Below are positions 1-11,974 of a stretch of DNA of 64,000 nucleotides, in pieces. The position numbers and the translations under genes were made by a program. This stretch comes from Chara braunii. Its lineage: Eukaryota; Plantae; Charophyceae. The notes beneath the pieces are model-generated. The model was not told where the DNA came from. It worked only from the letters and a program-made list of their open reading frames with translations, and searched no databases. The stretch spans positions 111,871 to 175,870 of the forward strand of contig BFEA01000036.1 of the NCBI GenBank assembly GCA_003427395.1, in the 5' to 3' direction. How positions within the stretch are numbered: position 1 is the first letter of the stretch; each line of letters opens with the position of its first letter.

Positions 1-849
1 TAGTAGGTCTAGGCAGAGGGTAGAAGTAGCGGGCAGGAAAGTTGGTTTGGGTCTTTTCATGTTTTGTTGGCCGGGGAAAATCTGCCCGTCCGTTGCTGGA
101 GCGCTGCTGCTCTATTTTGGGTGAGGTCATCTTCTTCCTCGAAGCCCAGCCATAGCTGGGGTTGGGAAACGAAGTTGAAGATAGCACTGCTGCTATTTCG
201 TAGCTCTGCATGAGAGTTTTCACAGGACTGTGTTGTTGGGTTTGGGTGCTGCCATCTTCCACTTGGCAGCCATATCTGCTGTTCCTCCTCTCGAGGAACT
301 TTGTTCTTCTTCGAAGTGCTGGATCGGTTGTCTCCTTCTTCATCAGGACTTCCAGCGCTGCACTTCCGTGCGGGTGCTGAGCTGGCGCTGTTATCATTAG
401 GGTTGTTGGTTCAGATTGGCACGTTGTGACAGCTGTGGGGTTACTGCTGCTACGGCAGCCATAGCCAGGGGTATGAGGTGGCGAGGAGGAAGAAGAAGAC
501 TCCTGCATACTTCGTTGAACACTTGTTTCTGGTTGTTCGGGGTTGTTGTAAACACGGTTGTGATTCTTGGAACAAGTACTCTGGATTGATTGGAGGAGGA
601 CGAGGGATTGCAGAATTGAAATTTGTTTTTCAATTTTGTGTGTATTTTGAGCTTCCACTGTGCATATCTTCTCTCCGGTTTTTGTGTGGATTTGCCTCCT
701 CCAAGTCTACTCTAGCAGCAGTGGAAGCTGCAGCAGTGGAAACCACAGTGGGAGCTGCAGCAGTGGAAACTGCAGTAGCAGCAGATGAACAAGCTGGGAC
801 AGGACGGGAGCGACGTGGGGGCGAAAAGTGGATGATGCAGGGACCATCG

Positions 850-2090
850 CAGCATGCGTCGGAACCATTGAGAGAGATGCGTCACATGCGTAGGATAGCA
901 ACGTTGGTGGGAGCGCATGGACCCTTTAGCAAGGGTTGGTAGGGAATGCCCACGAGAAAGCATGCGATGAGTAAGTGTTGTCGCCACAGTTCATAAGTCA
1001 TGCCAATTGTTACAGATTTGTTCTGGTCAATTGCCCAGTGAACACACCTGCCGGTTGATGGGAAGGGATGTTGGAGGTAGCACTAGGATAGCGAATGACA
1101 TGGAAATCCCCGCCAGCCGCTTTATCAAACACGCTCATGCGAAGCGAGCCATCAGAACGTACTCATAGATGCATACCTAAAAAGGTACACGAGCCATCTG
1201 TCGCCGCAGTTTCCTTCCAGCCCATTGTGCTCTGAAGGAGGAGGTAATTGGCGCCATGACAGAACATCATCAAAGAGGTGATAAGTGAAGGCGTATCGTT
1301 GAGCGGCTTGGAGATCATGTTGACGAATGTCATCAACAAAGAATGCTTCATCACAATAGAGTTTCATATTAGAAATTTCTGGGCCAGCATTTGTTCCCAT
1401 TGGAATAACGATGATTTGCTTTCGAAGAAAAGTGTTTTGTACAACAAAACACTTTTCTGGGCCATCTCTAGTATACAGAAAAGTGTTTTGTACAACAAAG
1501 CGAAGATGTTGGAGAATTTGAGAAATGGAAAGGGTGTCCGGGCCTGAATCGGTTGTCCATTGGCCAGAATGAGGTCCTCGAATAACCATGTTCAAGGCTC
1601 TGCAGCGCGAATGCGTGCGAGTATGCTGAAGGGCATAAGCATCAGCTTCATCAACAACTTTTGCCACATCATTCAAAATGCGGTCATGAGGAAGGTTGGT
1701 GTATATTGTGGTGAAATCAATTGTGCGAGGCAAGAGGCCGCAAAAAAGAGGATGCATTGTTTTCAGGTCAATCGCCACCTCATCGGCACTCTAGAAGATC
1801 CAGTACCGTCGAACACCAACCTGTTGATAGAGCTCCGTGTCTTTCTCGTGAAGAGTAGAGATCACTCCTTGCAAAGCAGCGCTGAGATATGGTTTTTGAA
1901 TACTCTCTTTATTGTAGGAAGGCACCTCTTTACACTACTCTGCCTCGAGTGCGATCATCTTCTAGCCTGACCCCAGAGCAGGGCAAACCCACTAATCCGC
2001 CCCTGCCCCGCAGGATAGTATTCCCAACTTCTGTGATTCATACGGCTCCAGTCTGCAACTTCGCGTTCATGTCGGCTTTTGCTGTGAGAC
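850..2090 (-). mobile_element. Degraded Penelope-like retroelement (Naiad/Chlamys-type RT plus thumb), probably intronic in TRS120
   Basis: ORF 1152-1778 has PLE RT motifs TIDFTTIYTNLPH, IPMGTNAGPEISN and a degenerate catalytic FDD. Frameshifted sequence downstream reads VFDKA..FHVIRYPSATSNIPSHQPAGVFTGQLTR...MLSRGH, resembling the Naiad/Chlamys thumb region. Boundaries approximate. Confidence 0.75.
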
Positions 2091-2141
2091 TCCTATATTG
2101 ATACTGATCTGCCATATTCATTACAAAAACCTAGTATCAAG

Positions 2142-2781
<640 letters not shown>

Positions 2782-2796
2782 CTATCCCCTCCCTCT
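2782..2796 (-). promoter_or_regulatory. Polypurine tract (PPT)
   Basis: Minus strand AGAGGGAGGGGATAG immediately precedes the 3' LTR. Confidence 0.9.
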
Positions 2797-3835
2797 AGAA
2801 GGCAACGTCCCGGCTGCCAAAAATCATGAAGCAATGCTGAAATCTGTGAAGGACGGGACGGGGCCGATCATTGGTTAACAAGTCGAAAGAGAAGAGGGGT
2901 ATAATGTGGGTGGCATGGGCTGCAGGAGTAAGAGGGAACAGGGTTTGGTACGGGTTTGGTACCGTCGAACAGGGTTGTCCTACTGATGAGCTAGGGACGG
3001 CAAGGAGCAGGGTGGTCCTACTGATGAACTAAGGGGACTGCATGGTTGGCTATAGGTTAAGGGGGAACAAAGTTCAGGGAACAGGGAACTTCTATTGATG
3101 TTCTACTAGGTAAGGGAAACGGTGTTCAGGAAAACAGGGTATTGCTAATGATGTTCTACAGGGTTGTCAAAGTCGGAAGAAGAGAAAAAATAAAAAATAA
3201 AAAAAAATGAAAATGTTTGTTCAGGATACGAGGGCTGGTGTGTCCGAAGAAGCCACATCTCATGTGGGAACAAAGTGTCCAAGTGTCTTGAAAGGAGGTC
3301 TGCAGCGGTCTTGATCCGGTTTTGGAGTAGGTGGTGGTAAGCGGTCTTCAGTGGCTGCAAGGGGTAGAAGTCCAAGAAGCATAGCAGTAGTCCAAATGTC
3401 CAAAGTCCAAGTGCTAGGGTGTGTCCGGTACATGAACTGCAATGAGGTCTGATATAGAAGCAGGTAAGTCGCAAACTGATGCAAGTATCCATGTCGCAAG
3501 TTGCTGCTCCAGTGAGTCTGCAAGTCGGGATGCCGGCCGATGAAACAGCATGGTGGCCAAACCAGCTGCATAATCTCCATGAACAGTGAGGCAGCTGGCC
3601 ATCGTCCTTGTGCGCTTGCCATTAGATCCTTTATCGCGAGCGTCACGCGGGTCCACAAGCATTGGACAAGGGAGACAAGGTAGTGGAGAGGACAAATGGG
3701 ACAAGGCTAGGCGAAGGTAAGGGCAGATCAGACATCAGGAATCAGGGTCAAGGGGAGGGTGGCTGGGTTCAAGGGTGTGTGTAGAGCAGGGTTGCCAGGG
3801 TTTAGCGGGGGTTTATGCCATAGTTATATAGGTAT

Positions 3836-6800
3836 CTAGGACATAGGATTAGCACGATCATAAGCGCGGACAAGTTTTATGGCGTTCTTAAGATTAGAGA
3901 GAGGTTCCCATGTAGATTCTTCGTCGGGGTATCCGGTCCATTTGACTTCGTATTCAGTGATTGGTTCCGAATGATCAGATACCTGAGTGGTTCGTCGGCC
4001 TATGATGGTTTCGACAACGAATTCAGGGCCTGTGGGTAACATGATTGGTGGAGGTCTAGGATATGGGCGGTTGGCGAACTGGGGCGGGGATTCATGGTAT
4101 TCTTTTAGGTACTCGACATGGAAGACTGGGTGGACACGACTCATGTCGGGGGGAAGTTGGAGTTTGTAGTTGATGGGGGAGGTTTGTTCAATGATGGGGA
4201 AGGGATTGAACCATTTGTTGGAGAGATTCTTGGACAAGCCATGTTCGGGTCCAAAGCGTTTGGCGGAGAGCCCTTTGTCCCCTACTTTGAATGACACGTT
4301 GCGTCTATGTTTGTTAGTCTTGTTGGCTGCTTGTTCTTGGGTTCGTTCAATGGCTTCAGAGGCTTCTCTCAGGAGTCTGTTCATTGTTGCTACCCATTCA
4401 TTGAGAGAGGGGCAGGGGGTGGATGCGAAGGGAGCAAGAAGTAAGAGGGCGAGCGAGGGTGGTAGCCAAGGTCGAGGTAGAATGGGGACATGCCGGTGGA
4501 AGGGCAGACGACGTTGTTGTAGGCAATCTCGGCGGTTGTGAGCAAGTGATCCCAATCGTGTTGGTGTGGATGACAATACTTCTGCAGGATTCTTTGGAGA
4601 GTAGCATTCATCTCTCTGTTTGTCCATCGGTCTGTGGATGGAATGCAGTGCTATACTTTAGCGTGGTTCTGTAGGCCGTGAAGAGGTGTTTCCAGAATTG
4701 TGAGAGAAAGCGAGGATCACGACCACTGATGATGTTCTCGGGGAGGCCGTGATGGCGAGCAATGTGGTCGAAGAAGAGTGTGGCGACGTCTTTGGCACTG
4801 TGCGAGGTCGTGCAAGGGATGAAGTGGGCACATTTGGTCAAGCGGCAGACAATGACGTAGATGCAATCATGCCCACGGTCAGTCTTGGGGAGGCCGCAGA
4901 CGAAGTCCATGGAGATGGACTGCCACCGGTGAGCTGGGATGGGCAATGATTGGAGCTTGCCGGGTTTGGCCCGGTTCGAGGGGTTGACAACTTGACACGT
5001 GGGGCGTGAGCGAATGTATGCTTTGACGTCAGCGAGCAGGGAAGGCCAGTAGAAGTAGCGGGAGATGGTGTCGAAGGTTTTCTGGAAACCGAGGTGTCCT
5101 GTGGTCTTGGCGTCATGGTGCTCGGCCAAGAGTTGAGTATGGAGACCACGTGCGTCGGGGATGCAAAGTCGGTGAGTGCCTTTGGTATCGGTGTAGAGAA
5201 GGTTGTCGTGAAGGGAGTAGTTGGGGACTGGGTCAAGATCGTGGAGCTTGTTGTAGATGGTGGCGAAGTTTGGGCAAGAGAGGTAGCCTTGGGTGTATCG
5301 GTGATGGAATGATGGGAGGAGTTGGATATGAGTCATGGCGTCGTAGACTTTCTCGGTGGGCTTGTGGTCGGGTCGTCGAGAGAGGGCATCCGCAATGCGG
5401 TTGCTTTTGTCGGGGTTATGGCAAATGGTGAATGTGAACTGGGTAAGGAAGTCTAGCCAGTGGGCTTCACGTGGAGTGGTATCTTTCTTGGAGAGGATGG
5501 AGGAGACGATGGTGTTATCAGTGCGGATGGTGAAGTATTGTCCGTCGAGGTGCGGGCGCCAGACTGTGAGGGCGTGAATCACGACGAGGAGTTCCTTCTC
5601 GTTGGAGGGGTAATTCATCTCCGCAGGAAGGAGCTTCTTGCTTGCGAAGGCGATGGGGTATTCACCAGGTGGAGCCTCGGGTTGAGTGGGCAAGTTTGAT
5701 GGAGGGGGTCTCGGCGGTGTCGCGGGGGAAATGCTGGGAGAATACGGCTCCAATGGCGAAGTCGGAGGCGTCAGTGGTGACATAGAAATGGCGAGTGGGG
5801 TCGACGATCTTGACAGGGGCCGTGGTGATGGTTTGCTTGAGTAAGTCGAAAGCGTGTTGGCGGCGATCGTTCCAATGGAAGGGCTGGTCCTTGCGGGTGA
5901 GTTCATGGAGAGGGTAAGAGATCTCGGAAAAGTTGGGAATGAACGGGCGGTAATAGTTGGCAAGGCCAAGGAAGGAACGAAGTTCGAGGAGGGTCTTGGG
6001 TGGGGGGTATTCGACGAGGGTTGTGACCTTCGAGGGGTCCATACGGATGCCTTCAGCGGAGACAATGTGGCCGAGGTATTCGACACTCAAAGCGGCGAAC
6101 GTACATTTGCTGAGCTTGGCGTAGAATTTTTGCTCTCGGAGGATCGAGAGGACTTGGCGGAGGTGTTGAAGGTGGGACTCAAAGGTGGGGCTGAAGACAA
6201 GGATGTCATCAAGGTAGACGACGACGCAAACTTCGAGGAGGTTGCGGAAGATGTGGTTCATGGTAGATTGGAAGGTGGCGGGGGCGTTGGTGAGTCCGAA
6301 GGGCATCACGAGGAACTCGTAGTGCCCGAACCGAGAGCGGAAGGCGGTCTTGTGGGTGTCTTCCTCGCGGATACGGATCTGGTGGAAGCCACTGCGAAGA
6401 TCGATCTTGGTAAAGTACTTGGCTCCACGGAGACGATCAAGGAGCTCGGAAATCCGAAGTACGGGGTACATGTTTTTTATCGTGATCCGGTTCAAGGCGC
6501 AGTAGTTTGTGCACATGCGGAGTTCCGAAGTTCCACCTTTCTTGACGAAAAGGCAGCCGGTTCTGAAGGGGGATGAACTTGGCATAATGAACCCTTTTTC
6601 AAGGAGTTCGCTAAGTTGCTGCTTCATTTCTTCGGCTTCGGGGAGTTGGTATGGAGGGCCGCAAGGTGGAGAATGTGCGGGCTCCAAATCGATGGTATGG
6701 GATACACCACGATCCGGAGGTAGTCCGGTGGGTAAGGACTCAGGAAAGACGTCCTTGAACTCGTCGAGGATTGAGGTGATGGCAGGGTTGGAGGGGGGGG

Positions 6801-7401
6801 CTTGATCGGGTTTGTCCTTCGGGAGTAAGTCCTTGGGACTTTCGCGATCAAGGACAAGACAATAGTAGGCGGAGTCGGGGTTCAGGCAAGCCATGTGGAG
6901 GAATTGGTGCAGGGTGACGGAGCCTTGGGAGGTTGGATATGGAAGATAGGGGACGTCGATGGTTGTATCGGGGGGTTTGGTGAGGCGAAGGAAGTGGGGG
7001 TGGAATGTGTATGGCATGTAGCGGTCCAGCCACGGGGTTCCAAAGACGATGTCGCACATCAAGTGCATGACATCGAACGAGACCTGACTGCGGAGGGTTC
7101 CGACGGTCATGGTGGTATCGGGAACTGTGCGGTCTACGATGATGGCGGTGTCTTTGTCCCCTAGGCGAATCTTGATCGGGGAGTCGTAGCCGGTAGAGGT
7201 AAGACCGGCTTTGCGGACACACGCGTCGGTGATGAAGTTACCGGTGGCTCCAATGTCGAGGAGGGCCCGAAACTTAGTTGTAGACGCACCAAGTGTGGCG
7301 GCGATGAATTTGAGGTGGAAACGAGATGAGTTGGCGGTGGAGATGATGGTGTTGAGGCTGCGTTGTTCGTTGCCTAAGCGGACAAGCCGATCGTGTCGAG
7401 C
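3836..7401 (-). pseudogene. pol: Gypsy pol (PR-RT-RH-IN-chromodomain), frameshifted
   Basis: Overlapping ORFs 5662-7110, 4608-6086, 4390-4611 and 3836-4627 carry consecutive pol domains in different frames. Confidence 0.93.
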
Positions 7402-8135
7402 NNNNNNNNNNNNNNNNNNNNNNNNNNNNNNNNNNNNNNNNNNNNNNNNNNNNNNNNNNNNNNNNNNNNNNNNNNNNNNNNNNNNNNNNNNNNNNNNNNN
7501 NNNNNNNNNNNNNNNNNNNNNNNNNNNNNNNNNNNNNNNNNNNNNNNNNNNNNNNNNNNNNNNNNNNNNNNNNNNNNNNNNNNNNNNNNNNNNNNNNNNN
7601 NNNNNNNNNNNNNNNNNNNNNNNNNNNNNNNNNNNNNNNNNNNNNNNNNNNNNNNNNNNNNNNNNNNNNNNNNNNNNNNNNNNNNNNNNNNNNNNNNNNN
7701 NNNNNNNNNNNNNNNNNNNNNNNNNNNNNNNNNNNNNNNNNNNNNNNNNNNNNNNNNNNNNNNNNNNNNNNNNNNNNNNNNNNNNNNNNNNNNNNNNNNN
7801 NNNNNNNNNNNNNNNNNNNNNNNNNNNNNNNNNNNNNNNNNNNNNNNNNNNNNNNNNNNNNNNNNNNNNNNNNNNNNNNNNNNNNNNNNNNNNNNNNNNN
7901 NNNNNNNNNNNNNNNNNNNNNNNNNNNNNNNNNNNNNNNNNNNNNNNNNNNNNNNNNNNNNNNNNNNNNNNNNNNNNNNNNNNNNNNNNNNNNNNNNNNN
8001 NNNNNNNNNNNNNNNNNNNNNNNNNNNNNNNNNNNNNNNNNNNNNNNNNNNNNNNNNNNNNNNNNNNNNNNNNNNNNNNNNNNNNNNNNNNNNNNNNNNN
8101 NNNNNNNNNNNNNNNNNNNNNNNNNNNNNNNNNNN
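7402..8135. other. Assembly gap (N run)
   Basis: Run of N. Confidence 1.
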
Positions 8136-8571
8136 NTCGTCAGGAGTCGGGGGGGGGGAAGGGCGACGGGAGTCGGGGTCACGCGGAAGATAGCACGGGG
8201 GGGGTAGAGTCGGGATTGCAATCGGGGGCCGGGGGGGGAGTAAAAGAAGAAGAGGAGGAGAAGAAGAAGAAAAAGAAAAAGGATAGGGAGAAGAAGACGA
8301 AGAAGGAGAAAGAAAAAATAAAAAAAAAGAAAATTGTCATCGATTATTTATCTGCGCGGGTAGCAACGACGATGACGAGGATGGCACGGCGCGGCGACGA
8401 GGACGACATGCACGGCGATGGTGACGTGGCATGACGATCGCGACGGTGACAATGATGACGTGGCACGACGATGACGATGATGATGTAGCACGATGGTGAC
8501 GATCACAACGATGACGTTGATGATGGGCAGGTGGTGACGACGAAGCAGGGTGGGTCGGGCGGGTTCGAATC

Positions 8572-8583
8572 GCTCCGATACCA
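8572..8583 (-). promoter_or_regulatory. Primer-binding site, tRNA-iMet type
   Basis: Minus strand TGGTATCGGAGC starts 1 nt after the 5' LTR; one mismatch to the canonical TGGTATCAGAGC. Confidence 0.9.
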
Positions 8584-8584
8584 G

Positions 8585-9055
8585 TGTGACGGGGCTGAGG
8601 CAACGAGGCTGGGAGAGAGAGGGAGAGAGGGAGAGCACACACACACACTCACTCAACTCAACGCAGACTCGACACGACTCGACGGACGCAGACACGAAGT
8701 GGCAAAGTGGTAAAGTCGAAGTCTTGGATTCCCGAACACAATGTCGAAGCAAGTCACACCGAAGCACAAGCACTGAGGCCGCAAACTGAATGCCCGTACT
8801 GGGCTTGGGTCCGATCTTAAGTATTGGACTCAAGTTCAGTCCGATGGGCAGACGTGCAATTTGCCCAGGGCTGAACTGAAAATCGAAAGTTTGAAATTGG
8901 GCGCCAGAATGCCGGATGGCGTCGAGTGTCCCAATTCAGAAAAATAAAACAAAGAAAAAAATAAAAATAAGAAAAACAAAGAAAAGAAAATGTGTGCAGT
9001 TAACTGCGGTTAGCGTCCCGCGGACCAGTGATCGAGCCCTGTGTAGTCCGTAACA
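8585..9055 (-). repeat. 5' LTR (471 bp)
   Basis: Direct repeat of 2310-2781, adjacent to the PBS. Confidence 0.95.
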
Positions 9056-9864
9056 GTGTGTGTGTGTGTGTGTGTGTGTGTGTTCGGGTTTGCTGTTGTG
9101 GATTGTAGATCTAATGGTGGGCTTTGTGAGCAGGGCTGGCATCAAGGATCTTTCTGTTTTTCCTTTTTGTTCGTCGTTTTGGCTCAGTTTATTTCCCAAC
9201 TTTCTGCTGATCGGAGATCTCTCTAGATGAAAGCTCATGTGGCATTGTGCGGGGAGCTGTGCTGTATTTACGCCCTTTAGCACCATTTCCCTGTCTTCAG
9301 TTTTATTCTGTCTTTGCTCCTGTCCCCACCTAGCTTGGGTCTTCCTGTTCATGTCTTTATAGTAAGTTTATACCAACATGGATGTTGTTTCCACTTGTTC
9401 TTCTGTGAGTGTGGGCAGGTTTTTACCAGCTGTCTTTCTCCTGTTCTCCCCCAATGACCTGCAACTTGTCATTGATGCCCTTCCCCCTCCTCCTCCCTCG
9501 TCCTCCATCGCAGAATGGTGTTTGCAAAACTGTTTTTGTGTGGTTGTGTGCGGATGGAGGGTAGCGGACTTGATGCCCCACCAATCTGAGATGTTGAATC
9601 CTGGCTAAGTTGCCAAGTTTTGCTACTAAGAGTGCTGCAGAGTATTTAGTGCTAGTACCGGCGCTCGGGGCATGTAGACAGCGGCAATCCCTTATGTGCT
9701 CAGAGGTTGCTGAGGCACTGAGGTGAATTTGGTGTGTGAGAGAGCACAGCTTGTATGCCTTTTGCTGTCTGACCACTTTCTATGCCTTTCTCCATCTCTG
9801 ATGTTTTTGCGCAGGGGCCATGCTAATCTTTTTCTGCCTCTGATCTCTTTGCCTGTCTTTGCAG

Positions 9865-9924
9865 GCTGGGAACTGTGTCATTTGAGGTGGAGGCTATGTT
9901 AAAGGTGGCTCGCTTTCTTTGCGG
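9865..9924 (+). CDS. TRS120: TRAPP II subunit TRS120/TRAPPC9, internal exon (upstream exons not found in window)
   Basis: tttgcag acceptor and gtcagt donor. Encodes LGTVSFEVEAMLKVARFLCG, similar to plant TRS120 SFELEATLKLARFLCR; phase joins exon 13810. Confidence 0.85.
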
Positions 9925-10071
9925 GTCAGTTGAATTGTAGGCCTTTCCTCCCCTTTTTACCGTAGCTTAGTTCTGTGAACAAATTCTGTCCCTTAACTCA
10001 GTTCTACAAACTTCTGCCCGTCTCCGTTGGGGCGTACTCCGCTGATACTACGATTGTTGGTTGCATTGAAG

Positions 10072-10118
<47 letters not shown>

Positions 10119-10530
10119 GTTTGCACCGGTCAGTTGCCTCCACCACGGATGCATCACCTGTCGTAATTGTTTTTGTGAATGAAGCCGCAACAGGTCATCT
10201 AGTTTTTTTCTGTAAATAGCTCTAAGGAGGGATTTTGGAAGTTTTCAGGTTTCTCTGCTAGCACAACACTTGGAATGGGCTTCAACAGCATCATTTTTCG
10301 GGTGGTCCTTTATGTCAAATCTCACCCTTTTTCAGAAACCATGAAAACAGCATTGTGGAGGCCGGATTCTTTTGTTTTCGGGAGGAGGAAAAGAAGTCAT
10401 AATCAATCAAATCACTGTTTTCTCGCTACATTTCCACTTAGCCACCAGCCAGCTGCATTCTAATGTGAATACTTGGTGCCTCTCTGTGTTGTCATGTTCA
10501 CTTCAGTACATGACTCCACAAAAGAAACAT

Positions 10531-10597
10531 GAGACTGTTTTGTTGGACTTTCACCGACTTTCACCGACTCGTCAGGAGGTTGAGCCCCGACAGTCTC
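10531..10597 (-). ncRNA. Type III hammerhead ribozyme, degenerate copy
   Basis: GAGACUG UC GGGG CUCAA CCUC CUGACGA GUCGG UGAAAGU [10-nt duplication] CCAAC AAAA CAGUCUC. GAAA is mutated to AAAA. Confidence 0.8.
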
Positions 10598-10608
10598 CTC
10601 AGGATGCA

Positions 10609-10642
<34 letters not shown>

Positions 10643-10671
10643 GAAGGCACTTCACGAATACTTTCGCCATC

Positions 10672-10718
<47 letters not shown>

Positions 10719-10719
10719 N

Positions 10720-10769
<50 letters not shown>

Positions 10770-10860
10770 TCAGATCCCACGGCAAATCCATGCCATGTAC
10801 ACCACCACCACAGTGGTACACCAGACCCTGGTCATGTCCAAACTAATGCTCTCTGCTGCG

Positions 10861-10895
10861 CCAACTCATCAGGAGGCTGAACCCTCGACAATCTG
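10861..10895 (-). ncRNA. Type III hammerhead ribozyme, 3'-deleted copy
   Basis: CAGAUUG UC GAGG GUUCAG CCUC CUGAUGA GUUGG, then a jump to downstream family sequence (CGCAG). Confidence 0.75.
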
Positions 10896-11431
10896 CTGAA
10901 TCTCCGTATTTGATGGTTTGGGTCATGAACCCTTTGACCCTTGTTGAAGGCAGACTGTCCCCAAGCGGAACATTGCAGCGGGCAGCAACTCTATGGAGCA
11001 CCAGGCAGCACAGTAGAGGCAACACGGCTGCACAACGCCAAGAACGACTGCGAGGAACGACATGGCACGCAGGACATGCAGCACGGCAACCGTGTAGTGA
11101 AGCACAAGGCAACACAAGCAAGGTAGCCACACTACAAGGTACGACAGGGCGAGCGGACCAGCAGCTCGGCAAACGTGGAGCAAAGCACAAGGCACCAGCA
11201 ACAAGGCAACCATCCAACAAGGCCTGCAAGCAGCAAACATGGAAGGTACGGCCTGCGGATGGGCGGCGAAGACAACATGCAAGGCATGCAAAGAGTGCCA
11301 GGCACTCCAAACGAGGAATGACCAACTGTTTGGCACTGCTTAGAGGTGCTTGCTTCGACAGGGATAAAGTACCTCGAAAAAATTGAAGAATGAAAGACAG
11401 AACACGCAGAGAAAGACATACAAAACTGATC

Positions 11432-11496
<65 letters not shown>

Positions 11497-11545
11497 GTCA
11501 TATTTGCTATAAAGTAGTATAAACTCAAAAAAAGCATGACTGCGC

Positions 11546-11602
11546 CAGACTGTTTCATCGGACTTTCACCAACTCATCAGGAGGTTGAACCCCGACAGTC
11601 TG
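11546..11602 (-). ncRNA. Type III hammerhead ribozyme, intact catalytic core
   Basis: CAGACUG UC/GGGG UUCAA CCUC CUGAUGA GUUGG UGAAAGU CCGAU GAAA CAGUCUG. Perfect stem III, GUC cleavage triplet, CUGAUGA and GAAA cores, stems I and II. Confidence 0.9.
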
Positions 11603-11916
11603 CCCAGGATCCATTTGACTGGTGGATAAGGACTCACCACATCGCCCAGAGTCAGCGATAGCCCTGAGAAAAGTGGTTGACTTTACTCACACCAACCCCG
11701 CAATCCTAGTGTGTGTGGGGAGGGGCAAGGGGGGCGTGATATTAATGAGCTGCTGTGCTTCTAGTGTAGCATGTTGAGACCAGTGGAGCGGTGTTTCACA
11801 AGGACATGGAAAACATGCCCACAATCGATGCACTAAAGCGAGGCCCAAAATAAAGTCGGTAGTGAAACCACCCGGAAAACAGAATTTCAGTAAGAAGAAA
11901 AAGATGAGGATGGTGA

Positions 11917-11974
11917 CGAACTGTTTCCTCTGACTTTTACCGAGTCATCAGAAGGCATAACCATCGACAGTCTG
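11917..11974 (-). ncRNA. Type III hammerhead ribozyme, divergent copy
   Basis: CAGACUG UC GAUG GUUAUG CCUU CUGAUGA CUCGG UAAAAGU CAGAG GAAA CAGUUCG. The first stem II pair is swapped from G-C to C-G. Confidence 0.82.

Noticed and set aside
2975-3040. CTGATGAG/CTGATGAA motifs in the Gypsy 3' UTR as hammerhead cores
   Set aside because: No downstream stem II plus GAAA; they belong to a short degenerate tandem repeat.
7211-8434. Long ORFs spanning N runs (also 54351-55151)
   Set aside because: Artefacts of assembly gaps.
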